A DNA stretch of 58,966 nt, counting the filler, from Sluysia triapertura (Eukaryota): the NCBI GenBank assembly GCA_046118255.1. It is 5 parts of 5 records of this genome, joined end to end, with 100 filler letters (N's around TTAATTAATTAA, not from the genome) between each part and the next. Parts side by side here need not be neighbours in the genome. Positions count along the whole stretch, not along the records: positions 24,968 to 35,872 come from JBJNIA010191740.1; positions 35,973 to 47,420 come from JBJNIA010184613.1; 3 more parts are not named here. One strand, given 5' to 3'. The position numbers were made by a program, and so were the translations under genes. Below, one piece after another: positions 27,011-40,272 of this stretch. The first letter of the stretch is position 1; every line of letters begins with the position of its first letter. The notes beneath the pieces were generated by a model, which saw only the letters and a program-made list of their open reading frames with translations, had not been told where the DNA came from and ran no database searches.

Positions 27011-28744
27011 AAAATTGTTGTTTTGAATTCGTGATTAGAACTAATTATTTTGGAACATCATTACAATGCTTAATATTATTATCTAAAAGATTTGTTCATA
27101 ATTGAGATTCTAATTGATTGATTTCGTATTTATCTGTTTTCGACGTGAATTTATCGTAGGGATTTTTAGAAGATAAAAATTTTCATTAAAAGATCTTGTA
27201 AACTTGTGTAACGAGTCAACTTTTTGTTACTCTGACTGATTAATAAATCAATGAACTTAGTTTCATCATAATAATTTGATATAACTTTAAGAGACATTTG
27301 AAAATCTAAATATTTATTTAAATCTGGTAAACTAACACTTTTCATTGATTTAATAATGTGTTTTATTATTATTTTATTTGTTATACGATGTAATTATAAT
27401 CATCACTTTTACATCAAGTGATATTCTAACTGTGTCGTAATTTGATGATAATTCGTATAATTTTAATATGCTGCCAATTTACTAAGTTAATTGTCATTAA
27501 TAATTACAAAATATTTGGTTATTTAAACTACTATGCATAGAAATGACTAGACAGCAAATAGGAATCAATAGATATATAGCAAAGAATCATGCAATAATCA
27601 ATTTTTGAATGCCATTAGAAGATGGCCAATGAAATTTATTAAAAATTTTGTAATTATTGAATTACACTACTGATTAATGGCAATCTATATCTGATAATAT
27701 TGAAATATTGTTTTGTCACAAATGACAAAATTATTGTCAAGTATATGTCGAGATAAAACCAATTCTTTAGTTAATAGAAAGTGGCAGTGGTGGCAGTAAA
27801 TAAATAAATAAATGTCATCACTGACAGCATAAATCATGTAATGGTAGCTGGTTTAGTGATAATGATGATNNNNNNNNNNNNNNNNNNNNNNNNNNNNNNN
27901 NNNNNNNNNNNNNNNNNNNNNNNNNNNNNNNNNNNNNNNNNNNNNNNNNNNNNNNNNNNNNNNNNNNNNNNNNNNNNNNNNNNNNNNNNNNNNNNNNNNN
28001 NNNNNNNNNNNNNNNNNNNNNNNNNNNNNNNNNNNNNNNNNNNNNNNNNNNNNNNNNNNNNNNNNNNNNNNNNNNNNNNNTTCTTTTTTCAAACATTTTT
28101 CTTTAATTAATAACAAATTTCTTTTTCTTTACATATAATTTTGAAATAGTTCTAATTTTCTAATTCTTTGAGTGAAAGGAAAAAATGTAGAATATTTGTG
28201 AATGTACAGCCTATTCGTGTCTTTTTGCGATTCTTACTTATTTGTTAATTAAATTCTTATTAAATAAATAAGTTTCTTGAAATTTCTGATTCTATAAATG
28301 TTTGTGAAATCTTTGAACTAAAGTATTTAACTTGGTTTTGTTAAATTTGAAATTTTTGTTACAAAAACGATTGTAGAAGAGAATTTATACGTTGAACTAA
28401 ATAAAATTGCGAAAATGAGACAAAAAAATAAAAAATAATAATTAAAAATTAAAGAAGAGAGAAATTGTGAGAGAGATTTAACGACGTTTGAAGGTACTGA
28501 GCGAAATTCCATTTAACATATTACTAAATTTGAATTTAAAACATAATTTTAATGGTGTTTGATGTAATTAATGAACTGTGAACTTAAAATGTGTTAAAAT
28601 GTCTAAAATTTTAATGGTTTTGAAGGAATAATAGTTGATATGTTATGAAATATTGTTTTTGGTGTGAAGTGTTGTATTTGAAATTTTAAGTGATAAGGTT
28701 GGCCACCACATGACAAACAAAGTACTGATAAAACAGTTTGTACG

Positions 28745-29230
28745 CAGGGCCAGATCTTTCGTACAAGAATAAATAAATTTACTGCGAATTTAAAAAAATA
28801 GTAAAAAAAGGCAAAAAATCAAAATTACACAATAAATAACTGTGTAAAAAAATATTTATTTAAAAAATAATACAATAGTTATTTACTTACAAGTAATACA
28901 ACATATGGAATAACATAACGAACGCATTTGAAGTTTGAGCGACGAAGGAACGAGACTTTGAAAAGTAAGTTAATGCTACTCCTGTTGCAAACGTTTGACA
29001 TATACGTTTTTTTTGAAAATCAGTTTGTAACAGTTTACAATATTAAATTAATTAGTGTTGTGTGACTTTTATTTGGTATTATTAAAGAAAACAATTTATT
29101 GATTGCTAAAAAAATGGATGTCTCATTAAAAATGATCGATTTTAATTTATAAAAAACAAAAAAATAATGAATGTTGAAAAATATTTTATTTTTATATCGT
29201 CCGGTTTGCCCGCCTTTTTATCCGGCGTTG
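28745..29230. mobile_element. hAT-type MITE with 8-bp TSD
   Basis: Ends CAGGGCCAGAT ... ATCCGGCGTTG (imperfect TIR), flanked by TTTGTACG / TTTGTACA (7/8 TSD). Confidence 0.75.
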
Positions 29231-29600
29231 TTTGTACATATTTGATGTGTAGTAAATTGTGTTATCATTCTACATGAATAAAATTTCTGTATGTTTTGAA
29301 TCTCAGTATTTTTATTTATTATTTTTTGAAGAAAGTAGTTATTTTAAAACATTTTACATTTTCCGTGACTTTTGATTAATAGTTTTATTTTATGTAATAG
29401 TTATATTCTATCACAAAAATGGTATTTAGTCTGATAATTTGGCCACTATTGTAACATTGAATACAAATTAGAAAAGAAATAAAATGAACGATTTTATTGC
29501 TTTAACGAATTAATGCAAGAATTCTGAATAAAGGAAAATCAATAGACAATTACGGATCATAACATCTTTGTTCGAGGTATTATATTGATTCAAAAGTGAA

Positions 29601-29661
<61 letters not shown>

Positions 29662-30017
29662 TAAGAAATGATAGTAGAGAATAAATTTAATAAAGATTTA
29701 ACGTTTGTTCGCCAGCGTACTGTACTTACCAGCGAGGGCCAGCTGTTGGATTTTAACGTAAGAAAAGATGCTTGCTTTTAAATTATAGAGATTTTCCCTA
29801 TCACCTTAAATGCTGGAGGTAGATGTTTTAGAAATTTAATTATATAGCAAATGTATCAAATTTAAATTATAAGGTTACGTAGATTCCGCTATATGGAATC
29901 AGAAAAAATGGATTTTGCTAACTAGAAATAACTTCTAGTGTGTGTCAGTTATAAATATGAATACATCATATAATCAGTCACTGTTACAATTAGTCATTGA
30001 TACATTTTGTTACAATA

Positions 30018-30061
<44 letters not shown>

Positions 30062-30454
30062 TCAGAATAATATTAGAAATTTTATTAATACTGTCTCTCA
30101 TTGTTGTAGTAAATGTTACTTCAATTTATATAAGTATTTTTTAAAATTTAATATTTTAAATAATTACTCTGATTACTAATAAAAGTAAGAGAAGTATTGA
30201 AAATAATGATATTAACCAATTAATTGCGGCTGTCGTCATTACGCGATCTGATGAATTGCTCCGGGAATGGATGTCGCTTATCTATGTTATTAATATTTGA
30301 TTTCATTTAGAAATGCAGGACATAATTTATTACTACTTGGTCTAATTATAAAGAATTATGTCCATTTTATACCTAAAATAAGTATTGAGAAAATTTCAAA
30401 TTTGAAGAAGTTCAATTTATGGAAGAAGGTAGACTTAATACAAAACTTATTAAG

Positions 30455-31048
30455 TGAAGTTTTAGATCGATGACAAGAAGCGGTGTTCTGTTGATAGATG
30501 ACATTGATATTTTCTGGAAGTTTGACATACGGAACTATTACTTCTTTTATCAAATCTTAGTACTTATCACCATTAAGAGTTGATGGAACCATAAGTAAGG
30601 CTAGCTTTTTAACTTACATTATGGCAACTTATATCCATAACTGACCCTTCACAACAAATTCTCTTAGAAAATATTTCTTTGGAATCCCTTAGATGATGCT
30701 AATAATATTTATAACCATCAGGTCCATCCAAATTAAATTACATCTCAGCTGAGAATATTATCCTCGTCCGGTCAGTGTGTTTATTAATATGATTTTCGGC
30801 AAAGTTAATTCTTGCTGTTTTATGAGCATCAGTAAGTGGAGATTTTTAATATTCTCCATACTGTTGTTTTACTGCAGTTGTATTTTTCGCATGCCTTATT
30901 AAACTCCTTTTTTGCCGATTAGAAAGTGCTTTAGGACGGCCAATTTGTTTCCATTTCATTTTATAACTGTTATCCAAATAATTTGTTATTGGATATCTTG
31001 ATCTGTTTAACGTTTTGGCAATACTTACATTACTTTCCCCTTTTTTCA
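30455..31048 (-). pseudogene. Tc3-like (Tc1/mariner) transposase, HTH-to-DD region
   Basis: SIAKTLNRSR...GRPKALSNRQKRSLIRHA; PLTDAHKTARINFAE...IIFSAE/KFNLDGPDGYKYY*HHLR...FSKR; YQQNTASCH (cf. FQQDNA..H). All closely follow C. elegans Tc3A motifs. Frameshifts and stops present. Confidence 0.92.
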
Positions 31049-31183
31049 GTTGAATATGCAATATTGGATGATGCTTGGAAAAAGATTGAAATAAAAAGTG
31101 TAAATACATTGATTAATTCGATGACAAAAAGGTGTTTAGAGTTATTAAAAAACCCAGGTCTCTTAAATAAAAAGTTTGTATAA
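31049..31183 (+). pseudogene. Tc3-like transposase C-terminus (opposite strand to the adjacent segment)
   Basis: AILDDAWKKIEIKSVNTLINSMTKRCLELLKNPG vs Tc3A GILDAWKSIPDNQLKSLVRSMEDRLFEIIRTQG. Confidence 0.85.
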
Positions 31184-32533
31184 TGTGTCTATACTTTTGA
31201 AACGAAATTTATTTAACTAAATGCAATATAGTAATTAAAAGTGTACTAAAATTAGAAACTATAAATAAGTAATAGTTTATTCGTTTATTAGTTCATTTAT
31301 TAAGTAGTATTCTTTAGTTCTTATAATATACATTGTGTTTGTATATACAGCAAAATTAGTGGTGCATATTTTTTGGGATATTTTTTGTTTTAAATTAAAA
31401 ATTAAATTTTTGTCATAACCGACATTAGTCAGAAAGACTGATTAATATTAATATTTATTTAATGTTATTTATATTCATAAAACGTATAACCTGGATCGAC
31501 TCGTTTTAATTCCGGTCGAAAGTCGTCTTCCGGAACTACAGATAGAATAGCATTACATTTAGATTCACCAAGTTTATTTTTCGCCACTACAGTTATTTGA
31601 CTATCTCCCATGGTTTTACATCTTAAAAATTCCAAATAACCAATAGAACCGTCAGAATAAACCTTTTGAAAAGGTGTCTAAATATTATGCATAAGTAAAA
31701 TTTAAAAGATATAAATCTAAAATTTAATTTAAAAATTGAAAATAAAAATCCATTAGAACTTATTTAATACGCTTAAAATAATATTTTAGGAAAGAAATCA
31801 GAGCAGAATATCTTGAAAATATTTTTAAAATATCTCAATAAATTACAAAATACCTTAAAATAGTGCTAAAAAAAGAAAACAAAAAGTAGTTTGGAAATCT
31901 CGCCATACTTAATTAAGAGCAAAATAATGATTATGGGTCGAACCGAACATCGAAAAAAAAGAAAACATTAATCTTAACATAAACAAATAAGTAGGAACTA
32001 ACACAAGTTGGATGTAAATAAATAAGTTATTTGGTTAAATTATAGAATAACAATTATATAGAATTATTACAATGCTATGTATTTTTCTCTTTCAAAAATA
32101 ATCCAATTAGTATTATAGGTTCACTTATAGTCTACGTTTTATATCATTAAAAAAGACATACATACAGGATTTTAAATTAACTTAGCAAAACAGGGTCTAC
32201 ATTTAAATTTGCGATTCTGTAGAAAATGTCATCTTTATTAATTTATTGACTAAATGACGTAAAGGTCTTGCTATATATAAGTAATATAACTTTTTCGAAT
32301 ATATATTATTTACAGTATCAGTAACAATTATGTTAGGTATCACAAATAACAAGTGTGTTTAATTATCAAAAATTTACGATCAAATATCGATTACGTTAGG
32401 AAAATAACTAAAGTATCAATAATATCACTAAATTCAAACTATTAATCAGTAAAACACAGCGTCACTAATACTAAATTCTCTTCCAATATGAGTTTAATTT
32501 CAATGAATTAGGATTTTAAATGATGATTTTGTA

Positions 32534-33130
32534 GTTATTATATTAAAGTAGCTAAAGTTCTAATAAGTCTGAGTAAGATTTTATATATTAAAATAATACA
32601 AATTAATGATTATAATAAAATTGTCACTTTAGATTGAAATTTAAATAATAGTTGATTTTTAAAATGATTTTATAGGTATCATATTAAGATAGCCAAAGAA
32701 TGACAAAGAATTTAAATATATTTTATTCTTTACTCTTAGGTAAATAAAAATAAACGAATTTAGACAATAATAATTTCATTTGATTTGTATCTTTCTTTAT
32801 AGTGATTTTTCAGGAACTTGTCCTAAACGTTTACTATCATGAATTTAACTTAAAACCATTTGTAGAAGTCGGTCTACGTTCTTCTTGGTAGAAATTCGTA
32901 AGGAACCTGTCTTAATCATCTATTATATCTTTTTTCAATAATTTTCTTACCAATTTTTACTTGCTTGTAAACATGATTTTTCCATAATTCAAGTGATATT
33001 TATAATACTTTATTTATTTTTAGATATCCACTAAATTCATAAGTAATAATTTTTTTATATTTCAGTATTTCAGCAAACAGAAAACTACCCAATCAGGTAA
33101 TTATGTTTCTTATTTCTTTTTTAGACTGGT
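32534..33130 (+). pseudogene. Possible decayed multi-exon gene with tiny introns
   Basis: Cluster of T-rich acceptor (TTTTAG, TTTCAG) and GTAA donor pairs defining ~24-30 nt introns. I could not build a clean frame or recognise a product. Confidence 0.2.
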
Positions 33131-34057
33131 TAGCATTTGTTATTATTATTTAATAATTTTATTAATACTATTGTTTTTATTTTATTTCTTGGTAGTATTT
33201 TAGATTCCAACAATAAAAACACATATGGCAGTATATGTATACAATTAATTATGAATTGAAATTAGCATTATAATGGAATTAACAAAAGGGAAAGAGATTA
33301 ACTATACAGAAGACATGAACAATCTAAAAAATTAATGTCATAATACAGTATTGACAAAAATACAAAAAAAAGTAGCAAAAAATTTCCGTTATTGATTATA
33401 AGGCATTAATCAGAAAAAGTTTTATATAATAATTATGTCATTATACTAAAAATCATAACTGAAATTATAATGAATATTGCTAGACCAGCTTCATAATGGG
33501 AACGACAAATATTATCGTGAACATTCTGAACAGAGTTAAATTAAAACTGCGACAAAGTTGTATAATATAAATCTTTATAATATTAGATTAAATTAAAATA
33601 ATTTCGTTGATTTCATATTTGTGTATATATCTAAACTGGTCTTATTTTTGTTATGATCTATGACCTACGATCTAATTGATTGTATATTGTTTATTATCGA
33701 TTGATTAATTTTACAAATTTATTTTATAAAGATATTGATTAATTTCGGATTTTGCTAATGTAAGTAATTTTTAATTATTAAAATATTTGATTCTGTAATT
33801 TATAAATTATTGTATTGTTATTTTATAATTATTAAAATATTTAATTTTTAATTTAATAATCTTATTAATTTTGTAATTATTTCATTGTTATTTTATAAAA
33901 TTAAATAGTTTTGTTTGTCCAGAGTCGTCAGGACGACTGAAATTAATATAAAAATAATCACTTTTACAAAATAAATCAACACAGATAAAAATATTTAAAA
34001 ATTTTGATATATTTTGTTAATCTTGAAAACTTTTTGGATACTTTTGAAAACTTTTTG

Positions 34058-35078
34058 GTTCCTGAGAACTGTGGACAAACAACTTTCATTTAAAAATAAA
34101 AAATTTTATCAATCGTTAGTTTGTCTCTAGTAAGGTTGGTACATTTTAAGTACTATTGTAAAATATACGAAATTTAATTTTATAATTTTATTTTTGAACC
34201 AATTAAGGGTTCTGTCGTAAACTCATTTTTAAAAACCTATAGCATTATTAACTTTTCAGTTAATATTGTAATATATCACATTTTTAGGTTTATCATAACT
34301 GTATAACTAATTGTTTTTAATATATTTTTAAGTAATTTATTTATTCAATAATTATTACTAAAAGATTTGTATAGCGAATCCTCGTAACTTATAAAAGTTT
34401 TAAAATCAGTCGTATATTTAAGTCCTCCGAAGTTTATTCGGAAACATAAATTCAGTATATTGTTATAGATCCTTTTAATAGGATCTACGTAAATTATCGT
34501 TTAACATTTATTAATCATTTAAGAAATCTAATTTTTAACCTTCATAGATTTATAGTGAATAGGTCAGAATGAATATTTACTGAATTTTGTTGGGATTCAT
34601 AAATTCACATTTATTTACCAATCCTTTTAATAGGATTGAACGTAAACTCAATAGCTATAAGGACTTTTGTGTTTATTTATTGTCAAACGAAACTGAGCAA
34701 GTGAAGGTTTAATAATTGAATAAAATCCTGACCTCTAATTAAAGACTTTTTCATTTAAATCTAAAGGCTAGCCCTAACTGGTAAGCCTAGTACGTTGGTG
34801 GACTCACCGTAAGAAAATCTTATATTTTATTCGTAAGTCTAAGTAAGAAAACTCAGCATTTTGATAATTAAGTTTACATTAAAACTAAAATTTAATTGCC
34901 TTTTTTGAATTAAAGGTGTTTTAACGTTTTGGATACGATCGGTGTTCCTGAGAACTGTGGACAAACGAATTTTATTTAAAAACAAAAAAATTTTATCAAT
35001 CGTTAGTTTGCTTTTTAGGAGGGTTAGTACATTTTAAGTACTATTGTAAAATATACGAAATTTAATTTTATAATTTTA
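34058..35078 (+). repeat. Pair of ~134-bp direct repeats (34058-34190 and 34944-35078) enclosing ~750 bp
   Basis: GTTCCTGAGAACTGTGGACAAAC...GTACATTTTAAGTACTATTGTAAAATATACGAAATTTAATTTTATAATTTTA in both copies. The last ~50 bp are identical. Confidence 0.85.
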
Positions 35079-35409
35079 AAATTTGTAAAACTTTGTAAGT
35101 CTTTCTCTCCCCACAGAGGACAGTTAAAAATTACCTTCTAAAATAATTTAAGTAAACGTAGGATTAGAGTTGATTATTATGAATAAATTCGATAAAAATT
35201 TAAAAATAAACATAAAATCGAATTATACAGTAAAATAAATAAATGAAACAATTTTTGAAAGTACTATTGATATATTTATTTGCAACCCAACTATTTGTGA
35301 TCAACACATTTATTATAAATATAAATAATTTTGAATTATTTACAAATATTATAAAATAATTAATATTACAATGGTAATAAAAATGCTCATTTTTATAAAA
35401 TTAATAATA

Positions 35410-35500
35410 TCGTGCGTTTTCTCGAAAATAGGCCATATCCCAAAATAAGACACTCGACTTATTTCTATTTATTTTTTAATAACACGTCGAAAATAAGGCA
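35410..35500 (+). mobile_element. Possible pogo/Tigger-type MITE terminus
   Basis: CGTTTTCTCGAAAATAGGC, CCCAAAATAAGAC and CGAAAATAAGGC are repeated motifs like those at pogo-family ends. The partner end was not found. Confidence 0.35.
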
Positions 35501-36961
35501 TCAAATTATAGAAGTTACTGTAAACCATAAAATTAATTCTTGTTTTTACTTTATTTTAATAAAATTAAAAATCTAATTTACAATAATATACTCTGAAAAT
35601 TAACATTGAATTGTTAATGTACTTTACATTTTAAGCACAGTACATAATAATAATATTATTATTACTAGTAATAGTAATAATAATAACTTTAAGATCAAGT
35701 TAATGTTTAAAATAAGATATCTGTGCTAGAATTATAAATATTAGTAATAAAATGGCATATGTTAATGCAACTATATTCTACTTTTAAATCAAATGTATTA
35801 ACCTTTATCGTACGCTATTTATATTGATTTGTATTACCTGCCGGACGGAATTAATTTGCAAAAGGTGTGATCNNNNNNNNNNNNNNNNNNNNNNNNNNNN
35901 NNNNNNNNNNNNNNNNTTAATTAATTAANNNNNNNNNNNNNNNNNNNNNNNNNNNNNNNNNNNNNNNNNNNNATTCCTATTTAATTTTGAAGTTTACCGA
36001 AAATGATTAAATGACAACAAAGATGATTAATAATTACAATATTTCTAAGAAAAATGATTGATATTTAAAAATGATTATTAGAAGAATGATTACTAATTGA
36101 TAATAATTAATGTTTTTGTGATTCGTTAGTATTCATTTAGTAAGTTATGATTAATGATATTATTCATTTATTTTTGTTAATTAATGATTAAGCACATGAA
36201 TTATTTATTCTTGCTAATGCGGTTTAATTAGTAATTAATATGATTAATGTAAAACTATGAAATTTTTCTATCTAAAAATCAATATTAAATTTACTGTATG
36301 CTTAAATTTCTAAATTATATTTACAATTTATAATCTTGATAAATTATTCACAATTTTTACATTTGTATTATAAAATTACAAAATAACTACAAAATTATAA
36401 AATAACAATTTCTTCTTTACAAAAATATCTAATTTTCAGTTGGTCATTAAGGCCAATTACAAAATGACACTAAAACATTATCTTTTAGTTGGCTACTAAG
36501 GTCAATTATAAAATAATTATAGACAGATCGAGTCTTCGGGCTAGGTCTCTTATTACAAATAATTTAGTATCGTTATTATATTATTGTTTTATTTGAATAT
36601 TAATCACACTATCAAATTAACGATTTTGTTTTATCTTTGTATAATATATCTTTGTAATATTCGTTAATTTTTCATAAAGATTGGAGTATTTTTGACAAGT
36701 AAGGTTACAACAAAAAATTTAGTTGCAATGATATTCTACTAAAATATATTAGTAATTTTTAGGAGAACTAATTACTTTCTTTGACATAACATTCACCTAA
36801 AGTTATATTTAAACTTAAATACAGACGCATGTGTTGGTCACTGTTATCATTACATTTTTAAAGTTATTTACGATAGTTATCTAACAACATTACCGACGAT
36901 TTTGTCCTCTATTGTTTAAGTTGAAGCAAGAAGTATTTTTATACTGTTAATCTTTAAGTTT

Positions 36962-37085
36962 AACTTCGCGTTATTTTTACAGGTACGCCATTAGTAAGTC
37001 GTATACTGTAAACGGACTCTGAGTAATAATTTATTTTGCTGTTAGGTAAGTCTTTTAAAAGAAAAAACCCAGCAGTTAAGTAAAT
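36962..37085 (+). mobile_element. Repeat family C
   Basis: Inverted homolog of about 7455-7582. The core AGTCGTATACTGTAAACGGACTCTGA is related to the 13258 and 58360 copies. Confidence 0.65.
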
Positions 37086-37499
37086 CATCGATTTGTGAAT
37101 AAAAAAATGCATTTTTTGATGGTTTAAATAGGTACCTTTTTAGTAGTTTAGTTGGAAGTACAGTAAATTTTAGTGATATTATGTTGTTGAATAATATAAT
37201 TATGAAACATTTATTTAGTTATATGTTATGGTTTAATATTACTATGACATGGTTTACAAAATGTGAGATCGTTACCGAATTATCATTTATTTAATTATTT
37301 ATTAACATTTTTATTAAATGACAATTACAAAGTTTATATTTAGAGGAATTAAACTTTACAACGGCATTACTCGATATATTAGGTAGGATGAAAAACAAAC
37401 AAAGATAACACATAAAGGTTTTATAGATATAGTATAAGAGATTGAATCAGAAGAAACAGTAGAATTAATAACAACTTTTACTTTGTCTTTTTTGCAATC

Positions 37500-37866
37500 T
37501 GATCAGGTGAGATGTGATAAAATTTGCAGGCTTAAATTGACAGTCTCGATTTGACGTCTTCTAATAGTAGGTTTGATTCGATGTCCAGTTTAATTTCGCT
37601 TGTTTTACACGTTATATTAATTAGATTTGGTACCATTGCATCAACTCAGCTGGGACTTGAACTTCATGCATGTCACACACATATCCATTCGTAATTATAA
37701 TTTAAACATTTCCATAAAGATAAGGAACCATTTTCGTACAACCAGCATTCTTTAGATCATTTACTACTCTCAAAAGTCTTCGAACATTTTGTAATTGCTT
37801 GATGGCAACATTATCGTCAATGACAGTTACTGATTTGTCATATTGTTTTCTTGCATTAACTGGCAT
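37500..37866 (-). pseudogene. RPLP0: 60S acidic ribosomal protein P0 (uL10) pseudogene, copy B
   Basis: QYDKSVTVIDDNVAIKQLQNVRRLLR (cf. [26 protein letters not shown]), KMVPYLYGNV*IIITN (cf. KLLPHIRGNVGFVFT), NITCKTSEIKLDIES and HISP. In-frame stop and deletions. Confidence 0.85.
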
Positions 37867-38146
37867 TTGGTTCGATGACGATTTTTATTTCACTTATTTT
37901 GTGTATTATATTAATAAGCTTTGGTCCAATTGTATTGATTCTGACTGGAGCTTGGGCTTTTTGACTACATATCACTTCACGTGTATTACACTTATCTCCA
38001 TTTGTAAATATAATATCTACATTTCCACGAAAGTGAGGAACCATTGTCATACAATGAGCTTTCATTAGGTCGTATACTACTAATTTCATCATAGGGTTTT
38101 TTATAAATTTTATTTTCATAATGTTTTCCTGCATTAACCAGCATCT
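37856..38146 (-). pseudogene. RPLP0: 60S acidic ribosomal protein P0 (uL10) pseudogene, copy A
   Basis: KNPMMK (cf. KNTMMR), MVPHFRGNVDIIFTN...REVICSQKAQAPVRINTIGP (cf. LLPHIRGNVGFVFT...NKVPAAARAGAIAP), INIIHKISEIKIVI (cf. LGITTKISRGTIEI). Confidence 0.85.
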
Positions 38147-39717
38147 TAAATTGCATCAACTAGCACTTTAAATTAATTATTTTTACAAACTAGATTTATT
38201 TTTTTGTGTATGTTTCTAATTTTGGTAGAGTATAAATATTGAAAATTTCAATTACGAAATTCTACGTTGCCGTAATTTGAAATTTTCAATATTGTTAGGT
38301 AAAAAGAATTTTATAAACATAATGCATGCACTAATCTTAGACTACATTATTATCAAAAGACATTTTAAAGATACTTATTATAGTTACACTTTATAAATCA
38401 ATATTAGATAGATTTTGTGATAAAAGTATTTTAATAAAAAAATTTTACTATAACAAGTGCTATGAATTTTGATAATTAAAATAACAAAGTTAATATGTAC
38501 ATGTAAAAAAATAATGGAATAAATAATCTGATTATTTTACATTTAATAATTATAATAATTTATGATACATGATAAATGAGGTTTGTTAATATGAATGCTT
38601 TAATGTTCAATAATCAGCTTTACTATTCAATTATATTTACTCTATAAATCTTGTTTACAGATATCAAAATAAAACAACGAAAAAATTATTGCAAATTAAG
38701 TTTACAAATTAAACGATGTTTAAACATTTATGTTGATAAATAAGATTTTGGAAATTGAAAGGGTGCACATAACGTATAAAATATGAAATGAGTGTTAAAT
38801 AGTTCATTCCATAGGAATATCATTAAATTCAAGATCTTCAATCAAGGATAATCATCTACCAGGTGAGAAGTACGATTATGACCAGTATATCTGGTTCATC
38901 GTCTGCATTGATAGGAGATGGAATATCAATATGATGTGTTTGTTTTAACTATGTTTGTTGACTGTGATGATGATTTATAAGTGACTGTATGAACTGATGA
39001 TTGATCACGGTATTATCACGTATAATTCATAACATTTGAATTATCTGATGTAGTAAACTATTGATAATGGAGCTTGATTATGTATATGTATGGAAATTGT
39101 TACTATTATTAGTAATAGCCAAAAATATTGGACTAATGCAATTATTATATGTGAAAGTAGTCCAGTAACTTCATTATTTTAATGATAATTATGAATTTGC
39201 ATAATGTTTCTATCAGTGATGCAATTAAACTGGTGCTGTAAATTTGAAGAAATTAATTTAGTTGGAATCGGTGTAATAATTGTTGATGTAGAAATTTGAA
39301 TTTGCATGCAGTTACCTGATCGGAATTAAGTAGTACTTTTCATTATCTACAGAATGGGAAAAATAGTAATTTTATTGCATTATGACTCATTCCACTATTA
39401 CTATGGGTTCCATAATTATTTGAGTTTGCAAGTGTTAAAAAAAGAAAAATATATGATAGAAGGTTAGAAAGAGCGGAAAATGTTTTTGTAGAAATTTCAT
39501 TGTTACAAAAACTGTCTAATTTTAAGATTTTAGTGGTTTTTATGTTGGCATGCTAAGTCTATATGCGATTGTACATATGTTTCGGTGTTTTATTTTTTGG
39601 TTTTGGATGAAATTTTAAATGATGGGTTTGAACCACCACACTTACGAGGAAGAGAACAGTAACTTAGGAGACTGGAAATGTTTTACTGGAAAATTTCATT
39701 ATTTTTCTATTTTGTAT

Positions 39718-40272
39718 TGTTGGGATTCACAAGTGTGTGTCAGAAAATGAGGGAGAAACATATGGAGCTATAAAATTAAGAGAGAACTGATACAAACTGA
39801 TGAATAAGCATTGTCGAAATACGAATCATAAAAATTTTCATAATAATTTGAACAGCTAAAGAATACCCTTACATTCCAAAGACCTATATGAGGTGTCGAG
39901 ACCTTGTGGAAGCTTAAAGTGGACTTGAAAAATATTTGAAGGCATTGGAATACACTTGAGCTTATTAATTTTGAGATCACCTAAAACTTTATTAACCTTT
40001 AAGTATTCTGGAAACCTTGATAAGCATTGAAGATCTTCGAGTAAAATTATAAAGTATATAAAATCTTTAAAATGTTTGAGAAATAAAATATTTGTTCAAA
40101 ATAATAAAGATAACTTTAACATAATTAACATGAAGAAGTAGAAAAATGAATCAGAGAGGTGAAGGTGAAAACAACTAGAACCTCCTGAATACCTTATAAA
40201 CTACTAAATAGCCTTGGAACCTTAATAAAATTTTTAAAAATAAAATGAAATTATGTTTAAAAATAGATTAAT
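39718..40272 (+). mobile_element. Repeat family A, near full-length copy
   Basis: TGTTGGGATT start. Colinear with 41176-41640 through to AAATAGATTAATT. Confidence 0.8.

Noticed and set aside
27818-28116. ORF-track ORFs containing long X runs
   Set aside because: They merely span the 211-N gap.
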